NCBI RefSeq assembly: GCF_902713615.1
Contig: NW_024055499.1
Coordinates: 2,184,403 to 2,248,402 of the forward strand
From: Scyliorhinus canicula
Taxonomy: Eukaryota
Reading direction: 5' to 3'
DNA length: 64,000 bases
The notes beneath the pieces were generated by a model, which had not been told where the DNA came from, searched no databases, and saw only the letters and a list, made by a program, of their open reading frames with translations. Of the stretch, positions 1 through 11,699 are shown piece after piece; the stretch's first letter is position 1, and each line of letters starts with the position of its first letter. The position numbers were made by a program, and so were the translations under genes.

Positions 1-989
1 TTAATTGTTCTACTATCAGGACTGGATGTGGGTGAACTGCAAAGTAGATCAGATCCATTGAAAACAGGATCACAGTGATTGTGTGATATAAACATTGACA
101 TGTACTGGTGCAGTATTAATTGAAACAGAGTGTCGTGTAATGTGAACAGAGACATAGTCTAGTCGAACAAAAATACAGGTGGAACCCAATTTAAAATTAA
201 CAGAGACAGGAATTAGTGCAGTAATTATTGAGGCAATGTCTGCTTCATGTAATGTAAAGCATCTCGATTTAAATTCCATCTGCTGGCCAAATTTTGCAAT
301 TGCAGTTACTGTGAAAATGTCGTTGTCAGGTATAATCCATGATGTTGATGGGTCAATAATTCATTTCCACAAATGTAATATCACATCGCCTTCTGCGGAG
401 CTGCTAAAATCTCAGGTTTAACTCATTGCAGGTGTTGGTGGCTAATTCTTGCGCAGTGAGGTCAGCACCAGAGCAAAGCGGCACAATCCCTGGTCGCGTT
501 TTTGTTCATCTTTGTTAAATGGAGGAGAGTGTTTGCCTGGGCCCTGTATGAAGTCCATAGGAAATTTAACATTCACCTTAACGTACATGATGTTGGGGCG
601 AATTCGTTGGTTCATTATACCAGCTGAAAGACGGTTGGGGTCATTGTCTCCAAAGCCTCCAAGGAAGTTAAGATGGGATCTTAAGTTGAATGGGAAATGT
701 GGGTGTGCGTGTAAGACAGAGCGAATGCATGTGTGAGAGGTTGTGTCTGTGTTTCGAGTGTGTGTGCGAAAGCGAATTTTGCGTGTCGTTGTGTGAAACA
801 CATCATGTTGTGTACAACTGAATTTCACTGAGGTCACAGGCATCCTTCTATTTCCAACAGATACACAACAAATATCCACTGATTTTGACGCAAGTGTTGC
901 AGATGAAGCTCCCAATTGTCGTTCTGGGTTTTCATAATCTCGGTTTGTGTCTATTTCAAAGCTGCTATATCCACTGGTCCTGGTGGCTC

Positions 990-2660
990 ACACCAGCCCA
1001 CCGGAAGTGTCGCCATTTTTTTTCGTTTGCTGCTGGTCACACCCAATTGCGATGCTCAATATTTAGATTTAGGGACATTATGTCACACTTAGAAGAAACC
1101 TTGAAGTGGAATATCTGGCTCCCCACTGGATGCGTGGCCCCGGCTGCTTCGCGAAGTGGAAATTCCTTGGTCATGTGGCCATCTTCCATTTGGAGACCAC
1201 ACTAGAACCGTGCAAACCACCTCTTGATTGTTTTGAAGGGACTTGGAAGCTCTGTCTTTGAGAGAACTGCTGCATTTCTGATTTTGTCCTGCCAGTAAAT
1301 ATCCATAATGCACATAATGCAACAAAGATGAAATTTTTGAGCTATTTTTCTTGACAGCTGCAAGTGTTCCTTGTTTCACAGACATACAACAAGGTTCATA
1401 GAATCATAGAATTTACAGTGCAGAAGGAGGCTATTCGGCCCATCAAGTCCCTTGGAGACAGCATCCTACCTAACCCGTACCTCCACCCTATCCCCACATC
1501 TCCACACTATCTCTGTAACCCCATCTGACCTTTATTGGATACTAATGGCAATTTACCATAGCCAATCCACCTATCCTGGACATCTTAGGACTGTGGGAGG
1601 AAACCGAAGCGCCCGGAGGAAACCCACGCAGACACGGGGATAATGTGCAGACTCTGCACAGTGACCCAAGGCGGAAATTGAACAGGTGACCCTGAAGCTA
1701 TGAAGCAACTGTGCTTGCCACTGTTCTAACTTGTTGACCTAAGGTTCTGAGAGTTTAGGCCTTTTAAACCCTTAGCTCATTCCAAAGCTTGATGTTATTC
1801 CATGGACATTTTAATGAGTCAAACAAAGGTAGTACCTGCTTTCCCCATGTCAGCATCAAGTTCTACATCAAGGCAGAAAGTGCAACACCTTGTCCACGAT
1901 CACTGTTTTCCTCATGCTTATGGCAAGGAAGAACAAGTTACAGGCATTGGGGACAGAGTCCATGAGTCTCTGTGGATGAGGTTTTGTTTGGATGATAGAA
2001 TTTTCAGCGTGGAGGAATTCTCTGATGCGGATGCATTGTGATTTTGTCTCCGTTTTGATGACTGAAAGGTTGTAGGGGTTGCAGCCTGACGGAGTGTGCT
2101 AGTGGATTTCATCCATATCTTCAGGGAAGGCAAGATCAGCAGCTTGAAGTGAAAGCTCCCGAATAGAGTTGGGTCAATCACACGGTCTCTTTTACTCAAT
2201 TATTCACTTAGAATCTGTCGGAAGTGGAATCGTCAACCTGTACAATGCAGTGCATTTTGCCATGGAAGAGTGAATGAGACAGGGGAGCTTTGACAGACAG
2301 CCAATTATCCCCAAATCTTATAGTCCTGCTCTGCTGACGGTGCCGAATGTTATTGAGATTGATGAAAGCAAGGTGAAGAGGTAGACTTGTGGTATATGGA
2401 ACAGATCACGCCCAGAGTAAATCGTGCGACACAAACACCACACCGTGCTTCCAGCTACATTCGGCCTGCAAGCAGATGATATGTTCAAAGTGTGAAGCTA
2501 GCAAAGGCCTTTCCAATGCTGCTATGAATGAGATATGTCAATAGTTGTTGCAGTCTTATCTGTCCACTTTGTTTTCAGATATTGGTTATGATTTTGCATC
2601 GTGAATCTCCTGTGGGATGGTTTATATCTTCCATCAGAGAAGGAGCAGGCCACGAATGTT
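990..2660 (-). mobile_element. Degenerate RTE-clade (BovB-like) LINE, RT and 3' part, split by a SINE at ~1397-1725
   Basis: Minus-strand translations match RTE ORF motifs: DCNNY*HISF (~DCNNYRGISL), VKRDRVIDPTLFG (~GVKQGCVLAPTLF), IREFLHAENS...QRLMDS..NACNLFFLAISMRKT (~IRELLFADDA...QRLMD..ACDLFGLTISLKKT), IYWQDKIRNAAVL. Many stops and frameshifts. Confidence 0.75.
1397..1725 (-). mobile_element. HE1-like tRNA-derived shark SINE
   Basis: CATAGAAT tail repeats and the body GGAGGAAACC..CACCCGGAGGAAACCCAC..GTGACCCAAG shared with about 10 other copies in the window. Confidence 0.85.
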
Positions 2661-2789
2661 CAGAAACATAGTAATTATACACATCAATCTTCATTCAATT
2701 ATGAATATAAATAATTGAATTCACCAATTACCGTCGTTTCATAAAAATTGGTACAGTTTTAAATTAAGTTATATGGTGCGGGTGCGCTA

Positions 2790-3345
2790 GCTCGGCCATG
2801 ATTTATTGACCATCGCTAATTGTCTTTCACAAAGTGGTGGTGTGCTATCTATTTGAACCTCTGCAGTCACTCTGGGGTCGGTACACTGACGGTGCTGTTA
2901 GGGAGGGAGTTCTAGTCATTCGAACCAGCGACACCGAAGATGCTGCGATATGTTTCCAAGTCAGATAGTGAGTGATTTGGAGGGGAATTTCCAGGTCGTG
3001 ACCTTCCATGTGTCAGCTGCCTTTTCCTTCGAGAAGGTAATGGGCCTGGGTTTAGAAGACGTTTCAAATGAGACTTGATGGGTTTCTGCGGTGCATCTTG
3101 CGGATGGTAAATTATTGTCATTGTTCGTCGGTTGTGGATGGAACCTTGCCTCGCACATCTCCTCTAAACTTTTCCCCACGGACCTTAAACCTATGCTACC
3201 TGGCGACTCACCTGGCCACCCTGGGAATGAGTTCCTGCCATCCATTTGTCTTTTGTACATGAAATGACCACATGCACAGATATTACAACCGTCCCTCCTC
3301 AATGTAAGCATGTTCCCGCTTTCTGTCTTTGAAATGAAGATTCGC
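2790..3345 (-). mobile_element. CR1/L2-type LINE 3' fragment
   Basis: Homologous in reverse to the 3' end of the element at 13728-14930 (GCTGTTAGGGAGGGAGTT..., GGAGGGGAATTTCCAGG). Confidence 0.55.
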
Positions 3346-3494
3346 CATCAGCAGAGAGAATCACTAGAACCGCAGGAATATCTCTATTCCTCTTAGTGAC
3401 GTCCAGCTCGTCAGTTCCCGATAGTCTGGGGATGGAATTCACCCAGAAAAGCTTCAGCCACCGAATATATTAGTCTGGCACTAATTATCATATT

Positions 3495-3830
3495 CATAGA
3501 GCATCATAGAATTCACAGTGCAGAAGGAGGCCATTCGGCCCATCGAGTCTGCACCGGCTCTTGGAAAGAGCACCTTACCCAAAGTCAACACCTCCACCTT
3601 ATCCCCATAACCCAGTAACCCCACCCAACACTAAGGACAATTTTGGACACTAAGGGCAATTTATCATGGCCAATCCAACTAACCTGCACATCTTTGGACT
3701 GTGGGAGGAAACCGGAGCACCCGGAGGAAACCCACACACACGGGGAGGATGTGCAGACTCCACACAGACAGTGACCCAAGCCGGAATCGAACCTGGGACC
3801 CTGGAGCTGTGAAGCAATTGTGCTATCCAC
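3495..3830 (-). mobile_element. HE1-like SINE, near full length
   Basis: Full HE1-type body, B-box-like GGAATCGAACC, CATAGA tail. Confidence 0.9.
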
Positions 3831-4004
3831 AAATTATGAAGGACCTGCTTTAATTTATCAAGCGCAAAATTGAGAATGTGGAACAACATCTTTCAGACCA
3901 TCTATCCATCCATCAACCACATTCACTGATTCCTCATTTAAAATATTCAGGCATCCAACCAACATCCATCCCTACATAAAAGCAGTCATCCCTTTATCTT
4001 TTGG

Positions 4005-4690
4005 CAGTGGTGGTGTAGTATTCATGTTATTGTACCAGTAATCCAAAGGCCCAGGCTAATTCTGTGGGGACTCAGGTACAAATCCCACTATTGTCAGTGG
4101 CGGAATTTGATATCATAGAACATAGAACAGTACAGCACAGAACAGGCCCTTCGGCCCTCGATGTTGTGCCGAGCAATGATCACCCTACTTAAACCCACGT
4201 AACCCGTATACCCGTAACCCAACAATCCTCCCATTAACCTTACACTACGGGCAATTTAGCATGGCCAATCCACCTAACCCGCACATCTTTGGACTGTGGG
4301 AGGAAACCGGAGCACCCGGAGGAAACCCACGCACACACAGGGAGGACGTGCAGACTCCACACAGACAGTGACCCAGCCGGGAATCGAACCTGGGACCCTG
4401 GAGCTGTGAAGCATTGATGCTAACCACCATGCTACCGTGAGGCCCCCTGCTACCGTGAGGCCCCCCATATCAATTAATAAATATGGAATACATAATAATG
4501 GTGACCATGAAATCCCTTCTGCATCATCAATGAAGGAAATCTGACATCCCTCCCTGGTCTCACCTACATGTGGCTCCAGTCGGACAGCAACATGTCTGAC
4601 TCTTCAGTTCCTTCTGAGCTGGCCCACTCAGTTCAACAGCAATTAGGGACAGGGAACACATGGTGGTCTTGCCAGTGAGTCCCACATTCC
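4005..4690 (+). mobile_element. tRNA-derived SINE of another family, interrupted by the HE1-like copy at 4113-4466
   Basis: The halves 4005-4110 and 4470-4690 join to match the uninterrupted copy at 52430-52745 (GGAAGGAAATCT..CCTGGTCT..CCTACATGTG.CTCCAG). Confidence 0.6.
4113..4466 (-). mobile_element. HE1-like SINE with ATATCA target-site duplication
   Basis: HE1 body; ATATCA at 4110-4115 and 4467-4472; the 5' end GCTACCGTGAGGCCCCC is duplicated. Confidence 0.85.
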
Positions 4691-6373
4691 ATGGAAGAAT
4701 AAAGGGAAAACACATGAATTACGTGTTTATCTATTACAAAATGTACCCTCTGTCTGATAGTCTGCTTGTATTTCTATCCATCATCACAATGTTATGAGGT
4801 GTGGGAGAGATCCTCCAGCCGGTTAGTGTTGTTAAGAGAGGCTAGAAAAGCTGGATAACTCTCCTTTCCTTAGAGATGGGAACAGTTCAAATAAATTCGC
4901 AATTTAAAACATAAAATGATCTCCAGTACTGTTGCTGGGTAGATTTGTTTATAAATAGTCCTCATTGACAATGTTAAGAATTTGAAGTTGGCTTGCAGCC
5001 AAGCGGTTAGTACTGAGCAAACAGATCTCTGAAAAACAAATCCAGATGCTTCCTGTAAACAACATTGAACATTCGAGCCTCCCTGACTGCAGGCGACTGG
5101 ATTGCTGCCAAATACTGTGTGGGCAGATTAGCCTGAATATGAATGGATAAAATGGGATTTATCCATTCAAACAATAAATGTTTCAGTCGCACATGAAGTA
5201 AACGTTTTAAATGGTGATCCATGCAAAGAAATATATTCACTGAATGTTTTGTTCACTATGAGATTAAACACAATGGGAAAATAGTTAACTGACCAGATGC
5301 TATTTAATTTATATTAGTTCCGAGGCAAGGTCACTCTAGTTATTAAAGTCCGTTTGTTAAGAGCCTAATGAAGTGAGAGTGAGTGGTGTTAATGGACCCA
5401 ATCCACAAGTTCAATAAGATGACTTCAATTACAAAAAATAAAATAAAATGAATTTAAAGTAAATAAACTGCATTAAACTCGCGGGGATTCCTAGAATATT
5501 CTCCGAATTCTTGATCTCCTTGATCTCTTATACCCGATTAACACCGTGTTATGTACAGTTTAATTTGTCTGGATTTCAATTGCTTAACAGTCCCTCTCAT
5601 TGCTGCCAATGAGTGGAGAAATGACCAGTTCATGACCTGCTTTCGTGGAGAATAAAACATTTATTCCTGTGATATTGTGTAATATGCCGCAAAGTCCTGA
5701 TATCCTGTGTTCCCAACAGCAGTGAATGTTAGACAGCCGCTGGTCAGTAAAATTAGCGGCAACGATTTGGATGCTAAAGGATAACTTTGCTGATCGCCGC
5801 GTCCGTTCTGATTCATTAACTTCTCTGTCAAAAGCTGGTCTGAATTTTATGTTTCTCTGTCAACTCACTGCTGAATTATCAGGCAAGCGGCTTCTTTTAC
5901 CGCTAATGTTCACAGGACTGTCTGAGGCTCAGGGGCAAATCGAGAAATGTAAAGAGAGGCATTGTGTAATGTGAGGAGTTTCTTCTTGTCGACAGACCCA
6001 CATTGTACAGTGATGGCCATCCGCACTGCAAATGTAATCACGTCATTCATTCCCTCATTTAGTTACATTTCGTCTGATAAATTATACTTTGCTGTTGTAA
6101 TTGGATAGACAGACGATTTATACCCTGAAAATGTAATTTATTCTGTTTATGTTCATCCCTTTATATTGGAGTGCAGAAATAAAGAGACTTAATGTAATGG
6201 AATTAGATTTTACTCAGAGATGCTCAAATATAATTTTCCATTCGGATGAGGATAGACATTACAATGAATCCTTTCAGCCAAACAAATATACCGATCTAAT
6301 GTCACTTTTTAATAATAACCTATAGTAAATATCTGAGTCCATTCTGTTGGGGGTGTGGAAGGTGGGACGTGGA

Positions 6374-6443
6374 TCCAGGCGCCGCCTCCAGGGAATCAAC
6401 AGGCGGCGCCTGGAAAGCCGCCCCCTTCTGCCGGGTATTTAAA
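6374..6443 (+). promoter_or_regulatory. Putative VH promoter: GC-rich perfect 14-bp inverted repeat plus TATA-like TATTTAAA
   Basis: TCCAGGCGCCGCCT (6374-6387), 13-nt gap, AGGCGGCGCCTGGA (6401-6414); TATTTAAA at 6436-6443, about 80-90 nt before the leader ATG. No perfect octamer seen in 6000-6530. Confidence 0.45.
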
Positions 6444-6520
6444 TGCCGCTCACTGGGACCCGAATCCAACAGTCCGGGCGCTGGTTTGTTCACTGAGTTC
6501 CTGACAACCATTTCCCCCAA

Positions 6521-6578
6521 ATGACCAGAAGGATGAGGTGGGCCATTTCTCTCAGTTTGTTGCTGACTTTCTTATCCC
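6521..6578 (+). CDS. IGHV: IgH leader exon (MTRR)MRWAISLSLLLTFLS
   Basis: In-frame ATGs at 6521 and 6533, hydrophobic signal peptide, phase-1 donor GTGAGT at 6579. Confidence 0.92.
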
Positions 6579-6706
6579 GTGAGTAGTTTTTATTGTCCAA
6601 GTCTCTCACTGTTACTGTCTCAGTGTTCGTCTCTCTCTGGAATGTTCCAGAGTCACCAATCATTTCACCAGCATTAATCCTCGGGCTTTTTGATATATTT
6701 GTACAG

Positions 6707-7006
6707 GTGTCCAGTCGGATGTTGTGTTGACTCAGCCGGAGGCAGAGACCGGGCGTCCCGGAGGCTCCCTGACACTGACCTGTAAAACCAGGGTTCAATC
6801 TCGGCAGCTTCAGCATGTACTGGTTCCGGCAGGTTCCCGGACAGGGGCTGGAGTGGCTGCTTTACTATATATCATCCAGCAACGGCTACGCCCGAGCCAT
6901 TAAAGATCGATTCACTGCGTCCAAAGACACTTCGAACAACATCTTCTCTTTGGCCATGACGAACCTGAAGATCGAAGACACCGCCATCTATTACTGTGCA
7001 AGAGAC
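6707..7006 (+). pseudogene. IGHV: VH exon with 2-nt deletion after the FR1 Cys
   Basis: Acceptor TACAG at 6702-6706. Reads (R)[27 protein letters not shown], then shifts frame; the other frame gives [24 protein letters not shown]...[32 protein letters not shown]. Only 34 nt lie between the Cys codon (6781) and the Met (6815) instead of 36; leader-frame stop TAA at 6901. Confidence 0.93.
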
Positions 7007-7045
7007 CACAGCGAGAGGAACCAGGGCTGGACCCGCACAAGAACA
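7007..7045 (+). other. VH recombination signal, 23-nt spacer
   Basis: CACAGCG (7007-7013), 23 nt, ACAAGAACA (7037-7045). Confidence 0.92.
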
Positions 7046-7411
7046 GCTCGAGGGGAATTCAGCAACTTGCAGCTTAACCTGAAGGTCAGCACTTGATTCA
7101 AATGTAATATTGATGTCAGTGATCAGAGTCATTGCACAAGCTGCTTCTCACATAACTAACGCAGAGAAAATTAAACAGTGAAACCTAACAAACTAATCGA
7201 TCTAATAGGATGAGCTTGTGTCAGTTTACATTTACTGTTAACAGTTTCAGCAATTAAAGACTTGGATATAATCATCGTTTTATTATTTCTGATACTTGGG
7301 AAATCTATGTACATTGGATTTGATAAACTGCTGTAAATTGTAAATTAGATCAGAAGTAAACGTGTATTTGAAGTGAATATTGAGCGGCAGGACTGAACAG
7401 AGAGTGAGTGC

Positions 7412-7439
7412 AGTTTTTGTGCGGGTGTCTGTCACTGTG
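7412..7439 (-). other. D1 5' RSS, 12-nt spacer
   Basis: AGTTTTTGT (7412-7420), 12 nt, CACTGTG (7433-7439). Confidence 0.92.
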
Positions 7440-7451
7440 ACTACAGTGGGT
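7440..7451 (+). other. IGHD: DH1 segment ACTACAGTGGGT
   Basis: 12 nt between opposed heptamers. Confidence 0.92.
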
Positions 7452-7487
7452 CACAGTGCTGTGCACAGCGACATCTTCACAAAAACC
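7452..7487 (+). other. D1 3' RSS with a 20-nt (short) spacer
   Basis: CACAGTG (7452-7458), 20 nt, ACAAAAACC (7479-7487); both motifs are consensus. Confidence 0.85.
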
Positions 7488-7791
7488 TCAGTGATAGAGT
7501 TTGTTCAATTGGTGATCAGCGCCACAACAGGATTGTCAATGTCAATGAGTTTTAAATAAAACAACGTTTGGAAGTAATATTAGTTTGCAAAGGTATAAAA
7601 ATCTCCACTTTGTCACTGTTGACCGACTCCTAAATCTGCCCAGAGGGTTTAAAAGTGTTCCCATCCTCTTTATAAATGGAATGACCGGAAGCTGAAATAA
7701 CTCACCCATTCGCTCTTGGAAGAGACAGAGTTAGTTTTTTGAGTGAACAGTGAAATTAAATCTCTGTATTTTACAGTTAACAGTCTGCCGC

Positions 7792-7818
7792 AGTATTTGA
7801 CACGCTGTGTCTCATGTG
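7792..7818 (-). other. D2 5' RSS, 12-type, heptamer apparently missing 1 nt
   Basis: AGTATTTGA (7792-7800), CACGCTGTGTCT (12 nt), CATGTG (6 nt rather than CACTGTG); alternatively TCATGTG with an 11-nt spacer. Confidence 0.7.
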
Positions 7819-7830
7819 ATACTGGCGCAG
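7819..7830 (+). other. IGHD: DH2 segment ATACTGGCGCAG
   Basis: Lies between the damaged 5' RSS and an intact 3' 12-RSS. Confidence 0.85.
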
Positions 7831-7858
7831 CACAGCAGTTACTGTCAATACAAAAAGC
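7831..7858 (+). other. D2 3' RSS, 12-nt spacer
   Basis: CACAGCA, 12 nt, ACAAAAAGC. Confidence 0.9.
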
Positions 7859-8174
7859 CTCAGCACTAATTCACTGAGGCTGGCTCAGTGCTCGTTTATA
7901 ATCCAACTTTATTCACAGTGAAGCATTATTTGATTCCAGCACTGACAAAATAATAAGAATTAATGTGGAAAATTGGGGGTCGTTATTTAGTCAGTTCGTG
8001 TTTTCAATAACATTTCCATGTCTGTGAAATGTAAAACATTCGGTCATTTATGAAGAGAGAACGGTATCCACAAATATTAATATAATTTCCTGAAAATTAA
8101 TCGTGAATTTTCTTTGCCGTTGGTTTGTGAATATTTAAAATAATGGTGGATTTCTATCTATTTTGTGCAGGTGC

Positions 8175-8213
8175 GGTTATTGAATGGAGCAGACCAGGGA
8201 ATGTGACACTGTG
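8175..8213 (-). other. JH RSS, 23-nt spacer
   Basis: GGTTATTGA (8175-8183), 23 nt, CACTGTG (8207-8213). Confidence 0.9.
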
Positions 8214-8261
8214 ACTACTTCGACTACTGGGGACAAGGGACCATGGTGACGGTGACTGCAG
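8214..8261 (+). CDS. IGHJ: JH segment YFDYWGQGTMVTVTA
   Basis: WGxG motif; phase-1 donor GTAAG at 8262. Confidence 0.96.
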
Positions 8262-8379
8262 GTAAGAACCATTCTGTCATTTACCAACTGTTTTACTTGA
8301 GTTTGTTTTATATTTTTCTGCATTTTAAAATCCATTCGTTCACTGAAATGTGTTTTGGTGGATCATGTATTGAGATGTT

Positions 8380-9615
8380 GTTGCAATGTTTCATTTGATT
8401 CTGCTGAAAGGGGGATATAGAATCCCCGGTTTCTTGACAGAAGATGCTGCTGAGGGATTCAGTCCCTGTTTGCTGTGATTTGATGTTTATTTGCTGAGGA
8501 TACTGTGTGGCTGGGTTACTTTAAATACAAAATGTCTGTTTTTACCCCATGTTTAATCTCGGTTCTATCTAATGTCTGCAGCTTGTACCGTCTTCCGCAC
8601 AAGTGTTTGAGATCGAACCCAACATTGACAAAATGTGCTAAAGTTTCTGTACTATCTTATTGAACATGTTCTGCTTACTGAAAGTGCTGATGATTTATTC
8701 AAGTTTTCTGTTTAGTTTACCTGTTCATTCATTTGATGAATGAGGGTTTGGTGCATTCTAAATTGAGATTTCTTGCAATGTTACATTTGGTTCTGTTGGA
8801 AGTGTTTGTAGAATTGAGCTGCTTCTCCGTGATGTTTCATTCCTTCAGTGATGTGATTTGGTGTTTTCCTGCTGAGGAATGTTTTTGGGTGACTTTGTGT
8901 AGGAAAGTTTGTGAAACGGTTTGGCGTGTCTGTATTGTTTCAACTCGGTGACACTGAGCGGTTACACGTTTTGTGATTGAATGCAAAGAGTCTACGTGTT
9001 TGAAACTGCTTGTCGCACGATTGTAGGCAGAGAACAGGGAGGCTGTTAGTGCATCGTGAAAAAGCGAAAATTGCAGATTAAACTAAGCCACGTTTTACGA
9101 CAATCCTTTCCGAGCACAGTTGGTGCTGCAATCAGTTTGCCGTTTGTGCAAAGTTTAATCTCGGTGGCATCTGATGGTTGCAGCTTTTACCATCGACTGC
9201 AAACATTAAAAGCATTTAAATATGTTTGAAAATGACTCAATATGAAAAAATGTGGTAACGTTTCAATATTTATTTGTTAAATATTCCAGCTCCTCGCAAT
9301 GCTATTGCTGTTATTCCACATTTCTGTTTAGTTAAATAATTCATACATTTGGCGATGAGCTGGTTTGCTGGATATTTTCTTGCAATGTTAAGTTTGATCC
9401 TGTTCGATGTAGAGTTGAGTTGCTTCTCCATAAACGGGTTTCATTGATGTGATTTAGTGTTTTGTTCTGCTGAGGAGATTGTGTATCTGGGTGACTTTAA
9501 ATGATTCAGATCTGTCAAATGGTTTAGCGTTTCTGCATTGTTTCTGCATTGTTTAAACTCGGTGACACTGAGTGGTTACACGTTTTCTGGTTGAATGCAA
9601 ACAGTCTCGGCATTT
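8380..9615 (+). repeat. Degenerate segmental duplication/triplication just 3' of JH
   Basis: TTGCAATGTT-anchored blocks at 8381, 8774 and 9380; a 31-nt core at 8942-8972 and 9556-9586 differs by one base. Confidence 0.65.
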
Positions 9616-11699
9616 GAAAATGCTTGAAGGGCGATTGTCCGGAGAAAACAGCCAGTTTTAAGAAAATAATCTAATAACAATATGTTGTTGCATTTTGTAA
9701 TTTTAACTGATGTTTCTAGATGAAACGAAATAATGACGGAAACGCCCATGCAGAACATAGTAACATTTATATAATTCAAACCATTGCAATGCGGTGATAC
9801 AACTCCATATTAACCAAAGGTTATTTATATTAATATAATTCATCATTAATCACCTTTCACAATCATGCTGTGTTCTGCACGAGGTTGACATGACCGGACA
9901 GGTTTCTAGGCTGGAAATACTTTGTAGTTCCAGTTATTATATTATTTCTGTGCCGCTGCAACCATATTATACCTTCACTGTAATTTGTAGTTCGATAGCG
10001 AGGGAATTATCACTAATCTAACCTGAAACAGTTTCTGAGATGGAAGTGCTGCCAATCAAGGAATTGTTCCCATGATTTTATTTGTATTGTAGGAAAGTTC
10101 AGATTGCACATGGCAAGAGATTGAAAAGTAAAGCTTGAATGTCAAACCGATTTATTTATTTACAAAAGGTTAACAGTACCTTTGCATTTTATAATGACAT
10201 CCTGTCTCCCACGGCTGTGCTCTACACACGATAGAATTATAGGAAGAACAGATGATAGGAAAGAAAGAATGATTATATCTTAGCTTTAGGCTTAAATTTT
10301 ATTAAATGCTAAATTCAACAACAAATTCTCCACTCCACTTGCTCATAATGGGTGCGTTTTGCAAATGATTTGAACAAACTCAGCTGTTCTCGTTATATTC
10401 ATTACTTTCTGAGAATAGTGGGGTTATGATTTATCAATGTGTTCAGAACGGCGCATATTTTACACGTTTGTAGGTCGAATAGAGCAATTGGAGTGAAATA
10501 AATGTGAATAGAGTCAGTTAAATGTAAGATGTTTCCATCGAGTAATTTGGAGTTTACTGTTCAATATTGTTTGATTGTCAGGTTGTTTTAATTAAACCCC
10601 AATTATTTCATAAAGCTCTGGGTAAAAACAAATTGGGGATTATTGAATGCTTTTTTATTATATTTATTATTATAGTACAGATAATCCAATAAAGAATTAG
10701 CTGACAATTAACAATAACTTACAATACAATATCAGTGAGAATTAATTCACATAAATGATCTCCTACAATTGAGTTGTATCCTGGCGTGCAATATCTCAAA
10801 TGTTTTAGAGAATTTTAATAATATCTGAAATTAATTTAGGAAACCATACATTCTTTATACTGCTGTGTGCAGCTAAATTCTTTTTCTGATTACATTCTTT
10901 TGCCCTGATTCTTTTTCTGATTTATTTAGTTGTGTTTTTAGATCACATCAGTGGGTAATGTGAATATTTCCTGGTTTGTTTAATTATTGCCCTGTCACTG
11001 AGTCTCTGTTCCGTCATTAATCTACCCTGAATCTGTAATATTTAATTTGCTCATTTTCAGCAAAACTACTTTTTGCCCAATTATCGAGTTTTGAGACAGA
11101 CAGAGAGAAATAGTTAAAAACCGAATGCAGTTTTGAAATTAATCATATCAGTTTAATTTCAAATAAGTCACTAAATTATTGTTGTCGGAAGTTGGCCATT
11201 GATAAATTAAAATCAAACAGTTTCATGAAACTGACAGATTGAACAGATCTATCTGTGGAACTCGATTGTTGTCATGTGTATCTGTTCAGTTTCTGTGCGC
11301 GCGGTCACTGTGCTGGGACCAGGAATCTTCCTGACTGGTTGTAAATCTTCTACTTCATTTTCCAGTATTTCAGGGAGTGCAATTTGATCAAGTCCTTCAA
11401 TAAAACTTGTATATGTGTGAATGTGGAAATTATACTTGATGTTTGACTAGGCGACTCAGAAAGGGGATTCCAACCCCAGATTGTGACAGTCAGAAAGAAT
11501 TCAGCAACGCCAGACAGGCTGGAAAGGAGATTTGGTTGATTTTTAAGCAGTGATATATCGGTCTTGGGAATTTTCGATTCGGCAATGCAGAGAGTGATTT
11601 ATTGGGTTACGTTCCGTGCTATGGCAGTCTTGATCTATTTAATGGGTCAGTGCAGCGGATAAATCCTTTGCATTTTATTTTTAATCCTATCCTAGGATT

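Noticed and set aside
7464-7487. Second heptamer CACAGCG inside the D1 3' spacer
   Set aside because: It is only 8 nt from the nonamer, incompatible with a 12-RSS.
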